64,000 bases of DNA from Limisphaerales bacterium (GTDB taxonomy: Bacteria > Verrucomicrobiota > Verrucomicrobiia > Limisphaerales > JAKEEH01). Positions 16,626 to 24,807 of this stretch are shown piece after piece. How positions within the stretch are numbered: the first letter of the stretch is position 1; each line of letters opens with the position of its first letter. The notes under the pieces were generated by a model that worked only from the letters and a program-made list of their open reading frames with translations, had not been told where the DNA came from and searched no databases. The stretch spans positions 4,664 through 68,663 of the forward strand of contig JAKEEH010000149.1 of NCBI GenBank assembly GCA_022616725.1. The letters run 5' to 3'. The translations under genes and the position numbers were made by a program.

Positions 16626-18983
16626 TTAGTCGGGATTCATCAGGTGCAGCAGAGAGCTGCGAACGGCGAGCCCGACTAAATCGTTGATAACATCGAGGAC
16701 GACGAACCGGCGCACTTGCCCCCACAGTTCGGTTTCACAGGCGGTGCCGACGTGAAGGAGCAGTGAATTGAGCATTTCGCGGGTGTCATCGCGGGCCAGA
16801 ATGCGCTCGAACCCGCGACGAATGGCCGGAAGAGAGACCTGCGCGATATTTGCGTGATTCATGATCTCAAAAGCCAGGCGCAGGAGGAGGCGCATTTCCG
16901 CGGAGGACAGGGCGGCTTCCTCAGGCAGGGTCCGATCCGTGGCACGCCGGGAGAGCAGGAGATGCAGCGCGCGAAATCGGGCTTTGCGAGGCTCCAGCCA
17001 CGGTTCGTGGCGCAAAACGCCAAGAAGGGCGCGAGCCGGGTCCGCGGGATTGGCAATGCGCGCGAGGATCGGTGTGCCCACGATGCGTTCGTCTTCCCAC
17101 CAGCCCGGCAGTTCTTCGAGCTTGCGATGGCTTTCGCGCGCCATGCGGAGATCGAATTCGCGGACCAGGCGTATTTCCCTGTGGAGATAACCGTAATTGA
17201 GCGGAGCCAGGACGGCTTTGCGCAGACGCAAAGGCAGGGGCACGAGGTCGGGAAGGGCGAGCGGCACTTCGAGCATCCCCTCGTGGCGTTCGAGCGCGGC
17301 TCGCATGCACATGTCCCACGACCCCTCAATCGAGGGAAGGTTCTCGTGCAGATTGACTCCAGCGAGCAGGGAAATCGCGCTGGTATGGGTCACCTCCCGG
17401 TTCAGCAGAGGGGTTAGCCCGTGGCGGCTGGCAAGGCTGTAGAGGAAGTCGTAAGCGCTAATCTGTTGTTGCGCCTTGGTGGCCGACCACGAGGCAAATT
17501 GAGAGCGCGTGCATTGCCAAAGAACCTGATGTTTCTGCGCGAGGATCGAGCCGAGGCCGGCTTCGTGGAGCGCGAACGCATAGGCGCTCTTCAGCAACGC
17601 ACGCCCACGCGGCCCCTTCCATTTCCCGTGTTCCTGCTCCAGCTCCCATGGCTTGAGATGGGCGGGACCCCAGCCAAAGAACTCTGGCGCGACACGGTGG
17701 AGGGCGGTAAAGGAGGAGACGCCAAACCGGGACAAAATATTGGGAGAGACCTCGTCGAAAAGCCTGGCCCAGCGGCGGAACGACCGGGCCACTTCGTAAT
17801 TGAGCTCACCAGATTCAGTGAAGAGTTGGGGCTCGGACGCCCGGACTCGGTCGAGAACGGCACGGGCAACCCGGTCGAGCACCTCCCAGATAGCCTGGTA
17901 ACTGTCGTGACGGACGCGCTGTGGGGTCGCCGAGACTTTTCCAACCAGTTCGGGGGGGAGATTGCCAGCGCCAATCTGATTGAGACACCGCACCAACACA
18001 GCCCGCCAGTCGAGCAGACCGCTTTCGCGCATCAGGGACGGGGGAACACGGACGCCGAGTGACAGGAATGCGTCTTCCCAATCCGTGCGCCCAAACGCAC
18101 CGATGTTCCAGCGGGGCTGGCCCTGGTCGATGGCGACAAGCCGCAGACCATACTTGATCTGCCAAAGCGCTGCATTGATCAGCATCTCGGCGGCGCGCTC
18201 ATCGGTGAGTTCCTGCCGGATCGCGAGTTTCCATGGTCGCACCGGCGGGTCTTCGCCCTGGGTGATGCCGGGAAACGCGACTTCAGCAACGGCGCTCGGA
18301 CGGATGAGACGAAAGCCCGTGCTCTTGAGGAGGTGCCGCAAATCGGCGTTCTCGATGTCGCCACAGGTGCGCAAACCGAATTTTTCCAGGAGGAGGTAAC
18401 GTAGGTAAATCGGGGCCCGCCGGTCGAAGATAAGCCGTTTGGCGGCGGAGAGAGTATCCAGCGCGACGGGCAAAGCGGCATGTGAAAGCGGACAGAGCAG
18501 CGACTTCGGGTAGGAGCCGAGAAAACCCGCGACACCGGGCCTGACGCAGTACCATGCCGTGAGGATCAGAAGTTTATCGTAATGCCCGCTTTGCTGGACA
18601 TTGCGGATGCCTGCCAGGGCTGCGGCGATGCGAAAAACCCTCTCAAAATGCGGAATTTCGGCCTCATCACCGTCGGTTCCGCGCAAGTGCCGATATTGCG
18701 CTTCGGCGGAAGGGAAGCGACGGGAGATGGCGCGCGCGTCCTCCAGTAGTGCAGGGTCGAATTCCGGCAATCGCATTCGGGCGCGAGCGGCGTCGGCTTC
18801 CGGCGAAATCGTGGATGGGATTGCCCAGGTGCGGACGTAGGGAACGTCCGCGAGTGGTGGTCGGCATGCCGGTTCAGCCGCGGCCGGGGGCGAAGCGGGT
18901 GGCTGGGCCAATTCAACAGCCGAACGGGTGTCGTACGAGCCCGCCGGCTGGACTTCATCAGATTCGGTCCACACGGTAGTCAA
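16626..18983 (-). CDS. Large hypothetical protein (785 aa), no recognisable catalytic motif
   Basis: This is the longest ORF across the interval, and the other frames give only short GC-type ORFs. It is Arg/Leu-rich and has a Pro/Ala-rich N-terminal linker. Several helix-hairpin-helix-like stretches are present (FGLRTCGDIENADLRHLLKSTGF; SRFGVSSFTALHRVAPEFF). No Walker A, nuclease or transposase signature was seen. Confidence 0.55.
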   Translation of the reverse strand: MTTVWTESDEVQPAGSYDTRSAVELAQPPASPPAAAEPACRPPLADVPYVRTWAIPSTISPEADAARARMRLPEFDPALLEDARAISRRFPSAEAQYRHLRGTDGDEAEIPHFERVFRIAAALAGIRNVQQSGHYDKLLILTAWYCVRPGVAGFLGSYPKSLLCPLSHAALPVALDTLSAAKRLIFDRRAPIYLRYLLLEKFGLRTCGDIENADLRHLLKSTGFRLIRPSAVAEVAFPGITQGEDPPVRPWKLAIRQELTDERAAEMLINAALWQIKYGLRLVAIDQGQPRWNIGAFGRTDWEDAFLSLGVRVPPSLMRESGLLDWRAVLVRCLNQIGAGNLPPELVGKVSATPQRVRHDSYQAIWEVLDRVARAVLDRVRASEPQLFTESGELNYEVARSFRRWARLFDEVSPNILSRFGVSSFTALHRVAPEFFGWGPAHLKPWELEQEHGKWKGPRGRALLKSAYAFALHEAGLGSILAQKHQVLWQCTRSQFASWSATKAQQQISAYDFLYSLASRHGLTPLLNREVTHTSAISLLAGVNLHENLPSIEGSWDMCMRAALERHEGMLEVPLALPDLVPLPLRLRKAVLAPLNYGYLHREIRLVREFDLRMARESHRKLEELPGWWEDERIVGTPILARIANPADPARALLGVLRHEPWLEPRKARFRALHLLLSRRATDRTLPEEAALSSAEMRLLLRLAFEIMNHANIAQVSLPAIRRGFERILARDDTREMLNSLLLHVGTACETELWGQVRRFVVLDVINDLVGLAVRSSLLHLMNPD

Positions 18984-19214
18984 AAACTAATACCAAGGCG
19001 ACGATTTGTTGTCACCTGTTTCATGCGCGCTACTGGTTCGCGTCAAATTATGTCAAAGAAGCCGTGCGCCGAAAAGGGGAAAACGGGCGATCCCGCCGCT
19101 CGCAAGCGAAGGGTTCCAGCGACATTTGCTGAAATCCCTTACCAAACGCAGGGAATCCGCATATTTTGAACTCCGAATGATATCCGGAATGAGAACGGGC
19201 CTCCCGGCCTTGAC

Positions 19215-22112
19215 GTGGTGAACGCAACTGAGTTCCGCATACGGAAGTGGGCGCTGACGTTTACCGTCGCCGCGTTGCTGGGCAACCCGCAGCCTGAAGC
19301 CTGGGCCGCTGAGACACGAACTCTCTGGACGACGTCACGCGTGTTCGGGTCCCCAAGTCCACCGGCGCCCTACGCGATTGAGCGACAGTTTCCCAAGCTG
19401 ACGTTTAGGAATCCGGTGGATCTGGCGCGGATGCCCGGATCAGATCGTCTCTTCGTGCTGGAACAAGGCGGCAAGCTTTTCTCGTCTATCAACCGGGCGG
19501 CCATCGAAAGCGCAGAGCTCGTGGTCGATTTTCGCAAGCATCATCAGCCGTTCGACAGCTCTTATGCGATCGCTTTCCATCCGCAGTTCAGTGAAAACAG
19601 ATTTATTTACGTGTGCTATGTCGAGCCGGGCGGCAGGACGAATGGTTCGTTCGTGTCGCGATTCAGAGTTGGGCAATCGGACCCGCCGACCATCGACCCC
19701 GCCACTGAACAGGTGGTTATTCGCTGGTTGAGCGGCGGCCATAATGGATGCACGCTCGCGTTTGGGAACGACGGCTTTCTTTACATCTCGACAGGGGATG
19801 CGGCAAGTCCCGACCCGCCGGACACCCCTTTCAACACCGGGCAGGACATCAGCGACCTGCTCGCGGCGATCCTGCGCATCGATGTCGATAAGACCTCTGG
19901 GACGAACAACTACGCCGTCCCGCCCGACAACCCATTTGTACGCACGACCGGCGCACGGCCCGAAATCTACGCCTTCGGTCTGCGCAATCCCTGGCGAATG
20001 AGTTTCGATGGCGCGTCCGGTGATCTTTGGGTCGGGGACGTGGGCTGGGAGCAATGGGAGATGATTTACCGGGTGAAATCCGGCGCAAACTACGGTTGGG
20101 CAATCACCGAAGGGCCGAACACGCGGGTGCGTGCCGACGTGCGGCCCGGCTCCGGGCCGATCCTGCCACCAATGGTCGCGCTACCGCATAGCGAAGCCGC
20201 GAGCATCACGGGCGGGATTGTTTATCACGGGAAGAAGCTGTCGAAATTGCGAGGCGCCTACGTTTACGGGGATTGGGAGACGGGGAAGTTCTGGGCCTTG
20301 CGTAATGACGGCGACAAACTGCTGTCGAACGACGAGCTTTGTGACACCACACTGAAGCCCGTCTCATTTGTGGAGGATCATGCGGGTGAGTTGCTGATTC
20401 TCGATTACAATGGCGGCATATATTCCTTCGTCCCGAACAGCGCCCAGCCGGCAAACCTTGCGTTCCCGCGCAAGCTGAGCGAAACGGGTTTGTTCACTTC
20501 ACTTGCTCCGCTCACGCCCGCGCCGGGCGTGGAATCGTATCGCATCAATGCGGAAATGTGGAATGACTACGCGACCGCTCAACACATCTTCGGCATCCCG
20601 AGCGAAGAGGCAATCGCCACCGCGGGCGGACGCGAAACCATTGCCGGGCGCATGTGGTATTTTCCTTCGAATACCGTCTTCGCGCGCACGCTCGCGCTGG
20701 AGATGGAGCGCGGCAAGCCTGCGACGCGGCGTTACATCGAAACGCAATTGCTTCATTTCGAGGGCCAGACCTGGAACGCCTATACGTACCGCTGGAACAC
20801 GGCCCAGAATGAGGCCGAGTTGGTCCCGGCCGACGGCGCAAATGAGACCTTTACCGTCACGGACCCGGCCGCGCCGGGCGGCCGGCGCAACATCCCCTGG
20901 CGGTTTCATAGCCGTGCTGAATGCCTCCGCTGCCACAACGTTTGGGCAGGCGAAACCTTGTCGTTCAACTGGTTGCAGTTGAACAGACGCGGCGAAATGT
21001 CCGAACTGAAGCGCCTGGAAGGGCTGGGCTTGCTCAAAATGAAAGGCTCGCCGAGGCCGCTTCCGCAACTCGCCGATCCATATGATGCATCACACGATTT
21101 GGCCGGCCGCGCCCGGTCGTGGCTGCACGTGAATTGCTCGACGTGTCACCGCAATGGCGCTGGCGGGGATGTCCCATCGTGGTTCAATTATGACCAGCGG
21201 ATCGACAGGATGCGGACCGTGGACGCCAAACCCGCCCGCGGAGATTTTGGAATTGAGGCCGCATGCGTGATCGCCTCGGGCGATCCGTATCGGTCAACAC
21301 TTTTCTATCGCATCAGCACGGAGGGTTCGGCCCGGATGCCGCACGTCGGCTCACGGGTGGTCGATGAGCGCGGCGTGCGCGTAGTGCGTGGTTGGATCGA
21401 GTCGCTGTCGGCGCAGACAAATCACGCCGAGTTAAAAAAGTTAAACGAGTTAAATTCGGACGATTTGTTAGTCCGCCAAACGCTAACCAATCTGCTCGGA
21501 GGCATGAGCGGCGCGCTCGCTTTGCTGGATTTCGCCTGCGCCGAGCCGCCCGAAAGCAGGTTGCGGGCGGATGTAGGGATGGTCGCCGGGGCCCACACGA
21601 ATGCGCTGGTGCGTGATCTGTTTCAACGGTTGCTGCCGCCTGAGCTGCGTCGCCAGACCCTGGGTCTGGAGTTCTCTCCGCAAACAGTGCTTACGCTCAA
21701 AGGCGATCCCAAACGCGGTGAGCAGGTGTTCACGGGCATCTCCCAATGTTCCCGCTGTCATATTTGCAAGGGAGCGGGTCGTGCCTTCGGTCCCGAGCTC
21801 ACCGACATCCGCAAGAAGTACGACCGGGAGCAAGTGCTGAATCAAATCCTCCAACCCTCGAAGGTAATCGCCCCGGAATTCAAAACTCTCATGGTCACGC
21901 TGCGCGACGGTACCGAGCTGAACGGCTTCATCATCAAACGAGATGCTGCTGAGCTAACGTTGCGCGATGAGAACCTGACCGACCATCGACTCAAGCTTGG
22001 TGATCTAAAGGAAACGCGCGAAGCTGCCCTGTCCGCCATGCCCGAAGGACTGCTCGCGCCCCTCACGGCACAGGAAGCGGCGGATTTGCTCGAATACCTG
22101 ATCACCCATTAA
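19215..22112 (+). CDS. PQQ-dependent sugar dehydrogenase-like beta-propeller fused to multi-heme/cytochrome c domains (PVC-type heme-binding C-terminal domain)
   Basis: 965 aa with a GTG start. GHNGCTLAFGNDGFLYISTGD and FGLRNPWRMSFD are glucose/sorbosone dehydrogenase motifs. Three CxxCH motifs are present (CLRCHNVW, CSTCHRNG, CSRCH). The tail is GPELTDIRKKYDREQVLNQILQPSKVIAPEF...LAPLTAQEAADLLEYL. Confidence 0.8.
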   Translation: MVNATEFRIRKWALTFTVAALLGNPQPEAWAAETRTLWTTSRVFGSPSPPAPYAIERQFPKLTFRNPVDLARMPGSDRLFVLEQGGKLFSSINRAAIESAELVVDFRKHHQPFDSSYAIAFHPQFSENRFIYVCYVEPGGRTNGSFVSRFRVGQSDPPTIDPATEQVVIRWLSGGHNGCTLAFGNDGFLYISTGDAASPDPPDTPFNTGQDISDLLAAILRIDVDKTSGTNNYAVPPDNPFVRTTGARPEIYAFGLRNPWRMSFDGASGDLWVGDVGWEQWEMIYRVKSGANYGWAITEGPNTRVRADVRPGSGPILPPMVALPHSEAASITGGIVYHGKKLSKLRGAYVYGDWETGKFWALRNDGDKLLSNDELCDTTLKPVSFVEDHAGELLILDYNGGIYSFVPNSAQPANLAFPRKLSETGLFTSLAPLTPAPGVESYRINAEMWNDYATAQHIFGIPSEEAIATAGGRETIAGRMWYFPSNTVFARTLALEMERGKPATRRYIETQLLHFEGQTWNAYTYRWNTAQNEAELVPADGANETFTVTDPAAPGGRRNIPWRFHSRAECLRCHNVWAGETLSFNWLQLNRRGEMSELKRLEGLGLLKMKGSPRPLPQLADPYDASHDLAGRARSWLHVNCSTCHRNGAGGDVPSWFNYDQRIDRMRTVDAKPARGDFGIEAACVIASGDPYRSTLFYRISTEGSARMPHVGSRVVDERGVRVVRGWIESLSAQTNHAELKKLNELNSDDLLVRQTLTNLLGGMSGALALLDFACAEPPESRLRADVGMVAGAHTNALVRDLFQRLLPPELRRQTLGLEFSPQTVLTLKGDPKRGEQVFTGISQCSRCHICKGAGRAFGPELTDIRKKYDREQVLNQILQPSKVIAPEFKTLMVTLRDGTELNGFIIKRDAAELTLRDENLTDHRLKLGDLKETREAALSAMPEGLLAPLTAQEAADLLEYLITH

Positions 22113-22173
22113 TTGCATTAATTGCGCCGGACGCTTGATTGGTTAGGAATTCGGATGTTAGCGTCTTGTGTCT

Positions 22174-22365
22174 TCCCGGAACTTTCATTAACACCCCACT
22201 TCAGTGGGGTGGCACGCACTTTCAGACCAGCGACCACCACGCCACCTCCAACCCATCCCGCTAAAGCAGGATGTTAATGCCCTCTGCGTCTCCGCGTTGC
22301 GGTGAGCCATTTCAGGAGTTTCTTCTACCATCAACATCCCGGCGGGCGTCCTCCCTTCAACCCTC
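22174..22365. repeat. Direct repeat, copy 1 (192 bp)
   Basis: tcccggaactttcattaacaccccacttcagtggggtggcacgcactttcagaccagcgacca...ccatcaacatcccggcgggcgtcct...ttcaaccctc. It recurs at 22556..22816 and contains the hairpin CCCCAC-ttca-GTGGGG. Confidence 0.8.
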
Positions 22366-22555
22366 TTAAGAAACTCGTTGCGGAAGTGTTTGAATCCCAA
22401 GAACTTGCAAAGAGATCGCGTTCGGTGGAATCGCGACTCTGTAACCCCCGACCTGCGGGCGAAGCCTCGGTGCAAAACAAAATCCAACTGGAGCGGGCTG
22501 ATCTCGTGCCGCGCGTTCGCCGATCCAAGGGTTCTCTGCGTACGCAGTCCAATCC

Positions 22556-22816
22556 TCCCGGAACTTTCATTAACACCCCACTTCAGTGGGGTGGCACGCA
22601 CTTTCAGACCAGCGACCAGTTTCCTTGACCCCTTTGGCCGCAGGCCAAAGGGGTCAAGGAAATTCCTACCACCACGCTACCTCCAACCCATCCCGCTAAA
22701 GCAGGATGTTAATGCCCTCTGCGTCTCCGCGTTGCGGTGAGCCATTTCAAGAGTTTCTTCTACCATCAACATCCCGGCGGGCGTCCTTCCTTCAACTCTT
22801 CAACCCTTCAACCCTC
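22556..22816. repeat. Direct repeat, copy 2 (261 bp = 192 bp + 53-bp palindromic insertion with TSD + two extra 8-mers)
   Basis: Collinear with copy 1 except for the insertion at 22619..22667 (plus a second ACCA) and 16 extra bp in the terminal cttcaacc 8-mer array. Confidence 0.8.
22619..22667. mobile_element. 49-bp palindromic micro-insertion (REP/MITE-like) with 4-bp direct duplication ACCA
   Basis: Arms TTTCCTTGACCCCTTTGGCC (22620..22639) and GGCCAAAGGGGTCAAGGAAA (22643..22662) are perfectly complementary (20 bp, 3-nt loop). It is absent from repeat copy 1, where the sequence reads gcgACCAccacgcc. Here ACCA flanks both sides (22615..22618 and 22668..22671). Confidence 0.65.
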
Positions 22817-22908
22817 CAGCTTGAACGACTCACGCTGGAGTGTGCCGCCTGCTCCCGACAGCAATGAAATTGCGCGCGCCGAACCGCGCCCCTACACTCT
22901 CACTCGCC

Positions 22909-23132
22909 ATGGAAATCATTGAACCTAAATTCGGCAGTTGAACCCCTAAAAACTCCGGATGTCATTTGAGTTGCAAGTACTTATGAATTCGCCACTTGTC
23001 ACCGAAAAAATGAACTGCGGAGCAGTTGGATCTCACTTGCTGGCAGCGGGTTGCGCCGCCGGAGGGATTTCAACTGCCGAATCTAGGTTGAAGCATTGAA
23101 GCAATCTCCTGCCCGTTCTGCGGCCAGACCTT
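22909..23132 (+). pseudogene. Disrupted 5' copy of the CPXCG-motif gene (interrupted by a MITE, then fused to a duplicated 3' tail of the 19215..22112 gene)
   Basis: atggaaatcattgaa (22909..22923) plus gcaatctcctgcccgttctgcggccagacctt (23101..23132) match the intact gene at 24628..24674. The promoter-proximal 75 bp upstream is also duplicated (22834..22908 versus 24553..24627). Confidence 0.75.
22924..23093. mobile_element. 170-bp MITE-like element with 19-bp inverted repeats and 7-bp target-site duplication CATTGAA
   Basis: Left end cctaaattcggcagttgaa (22924..22942). Right inverted repeat ttcaactgccgaatctagg (23069..23087), complementary at 18 of 19 positions. CATTGAA is at 22917..22923 and 23094..23100. 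Removing the element and one TSD copy regenerates atggaaatcattgaagc[a/g]atctcc exactly as in the intact paralog. Confidence 0.7.
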
Positions 23133-23194
23133 CCCCTCACGGCACAGGAAGCGGCGGACTTGCTGGAATACCGGAATACCTGCTCACCCATTAA
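23133..23194 (+). repeat. Relic copy of the last 54 nt of the 19215..22112 gene
   Basis: cccctcacggcacaggaagcggcgga[c]ttgct[g]gaata[ccggaata]cctg[c]tcacccattaa, compared with 22059..22112. There are three substitutions plus an 8-bp tandem duplication. Weaker similarity continues about 30 nt past the stop in both copies. Confidence 0.8.
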
Positions 23195-23377
23195 TCGGAA
23201 CCCGCTTGATTCATTAGATAGCGTCCTCTAAGTCCGTCGAACTATTCGCGCCGTTTTGTTGCGGCCGTCTGCCCGCATCCGCCGATCCGTCCGGATCAGA
23301 GCTGCCGCGCCGCCAACTTCGCTCGCACATCTCTCCGCCATTTGCGGTTATGGCAGGGCTCGTGCGTTCATTCATCG

Positions 23378-23734
23378 TCAAAGCGGTCTCCATCCGGTGC
23401 CCTTGCACACTTCGCACTCACTCGCGTTCATTTTTCCTGTACCTTCGCAAATGGAACACTCATTCTCAACTCTGGCGATCTGCCAGGATTCTTCTGCTGG
23501 AGCAAGTTGATATCGCGTCCGCCAGCGGCGATCGTGATTCTTCAGACGACTCGAGGTAATGACTTGAGCTCCGCTTTCCACGGGCTCGATTACAACAACC
23601 TCCTCCTCGTCACCTTCTGCCACCACTCGGTAACCAGTTCCGTAGCGCTCGACATCCCACGCCTTCTCCGCTGAGCGCGACCACTCCGCGCGCAGTTCGA
23701 AGTATTCCTTCATGAATTCTACCACCGACTTCAT
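23378..23734 (-). CDS. Hypothetical protein with C-terminal DnaJ-type CxxCxGxG zinc-finger pair
   Basis: 118 aa with an acidic/basic balanced N-terminal domain. The C-terminus CSICEGTGKMNASECEVCKGTGW holds two CxxCxGxG units. It is more protein-like than the antisense 110-aa ORF. Confidence 0.5.
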   Translation of the reverse strand: MKSVVEFMKEYFELRAEWSRSAEKAWDVERYGTGYRVVAEGDEEEVVVIEPVESGAQVITSSRLKNHDRRWRTRYQLAPAEESWQIARVENECSICEGTGKMNASECEVCKGTGWRPL

Positions 23735-23799
23735 CGCACATTGCGCCGAACGCGCCCCTCAGGTGATCGGCCATCCTATGGCACGTCAACGTTTCCGGT

Positions 23800-24015
23800 T
23801 CAAGCGCCATCGAGCAAACAGACCGTCGTTGCCGACAGGAGTAGCACCGGCAACCAAATTGTTTCGAGATTCTGATGAAAAGCGAATAGACAACCGCCCG
23901 CAACCAAGCCGATCGCACCATAGGTCGCTTCGAGACGAAAACAGCAACCCGAGTACGGCCTCCCAGAACCGCAACCGCACGGACTCCTTAAACCGATCAC
24001 GGATCCTGTCTTCAT
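23800..24015 (-). CDS. Small protein with N-terminal SEC-C metal-binding motif and hydrophobic tail
   Basis: 71 aa. SPCGCGSGRPYSGCC matches the SecA C-terminal CxCxSGx8CC motif. It is followed by two hydrophobic segments (AIGLVAGGCLFAF, IWLPVLLLSATTVCLL). It is co-directional with and just upstream of 23378..23734. Confidence 0.45.
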   Translation of the reverse strand: MKTGSVIGLRSPCGCGSGRPYSGCCFRLEATYGAIGLVAGGCLFAFHQNLETIWLPVLLLSATTVCLLDGA

Positions 24016-24159
24016 CGGGTCGTGGGCTTGATGTTCTTTCGTAGCCTACGGCCGAGCGCCCCTTGCGTCAAATCAGCCAGATGCTTTTCGTGCTTTGACG
24101 ATCTTACCGCAGAGCTGTACGATAGGAGTGAAGCGAACCCACAGTAGATTCGCTACCTT

Positions 24160-24471
24160 GTGCAGCCACTGACCGATAGCAATCTAAGCCGCGCTCGCAG
24201 CATTCGGCTTGTCGCCGTGAGCGCTTCGGTGAGCGCGATTGGTTTTCCCTTTGCTGCCGCTTCTTACGCGCCGACGGAGATTGGCTGCCCGGCATGGTGG
24301 GGAGTTCTGATGTTCAGTGTTATGGCGTGTTGCAGCATCGCCTGCTTCTTTCTTTGCCCTCCGCGCCCGCGGATTTGGAAGCTCATTGCGCTAGCGTTGA
24401 CAATTCCCGCTCTGTTCTGGACGCTTTCGACTTGGGGGGACTACTGGCTGCATTTGATTTACCACGTCTGA
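24160..24471 (+). CDS. Small predicted membrane protein
   Basis: 103 aa with three hydrophobic segments. It is divergent from the SEC-C gene. No homology is recognisable by eye. Confidence 0.35.
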   Translation: MQPLTDSNLSRARSIRLVAVSASVSAIGFPFAAASYAPTEIGCPAWWGVLMFSVMACCSIACFFLCPPRPRIWKLIALALTIPALFWTLSTWGDYWLHLIYHV

Positions 24472-24588
24472 CAGCCGCTCGACCGACCTTCGCGCTCCGC
24501 TTCAACCCTTCAGCCCTTCAACTCTTCAACCCTCCCGTTTGAACGATTCAACGCTGGAGTGTGCCGCCTGCTCCCGCGAGCAATGAAA

Positions 24589-24617
24589 TTGCGCGCGCCG
24601 AACCGTGCCCCTACACT
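24589..24617 (+). promoter_or_regulatory. Possible sigma-70 promoter of the CPXCG gene
   Basis: TTGCGC, 17 nt, then TACACT, ending 10 nt before ATG 24628. The same sequence is duplicated upstream of the disrupted copy (about 22870..22898). Confidence 0.3.
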
Positions 24618-24627
24618 CTCAATCGCC

Positions 24628-24807
24628 ATGGAAATCATTGAAGCGATCTCCTGCCCGTTCTGCGGCCAGACCTTTCAAATCCCCCTCGACACGACCCTGC
24701 CCTCACAACGCTTCACAGCCGACTGCGAGATCTGTTGCCGCCCGCTCGAAATCTCCATCCAATGCGAGCCAGGCGAAGTCCTTTCCCTCGAAGTCCAGGG
24801 CAGTTGA
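24628..24807 (+). CDS. CPXCG motif-containing cysteine-rich protein
   Basis: Track ORF 24559..24807, with the start chosen at ATG 24628. MEIIEAISCPFCGQTFQIPLDTTLPSQRFTADCEICCRPLEISIQCEPGEVLSLEVQGS carries CPFCG...CEICC, the family hallmark. Confidence 0.7.
   Translation: MEIIEAISCPFCGQTFQIPLDTTLPSQRFTADCEICCRPLEISIQCEPGEVLSLEVQGS

Noticed and set aside
22210-22224. TGGCACGCACTTTCA in both copies of the 192-bp repeat as a sigma-54 -24/-12 element
   Set aside because: The -24 half is good, but the -12 position reads TTCA rather than TTGC (no GC dinucleotide). No convincing sigma-54 promoter was found near the activator gene at 34128..37022 either.
22188-22740. ORFs of 108-137 aa inside the 22.1-22.8 kb repeat region
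   Set aside because: They overlap one another in several frames and are composed of the 192-bp direct repeat and palindromic insert. They have no start context or motifs, so I treat the region as non-coding repeat DNA.
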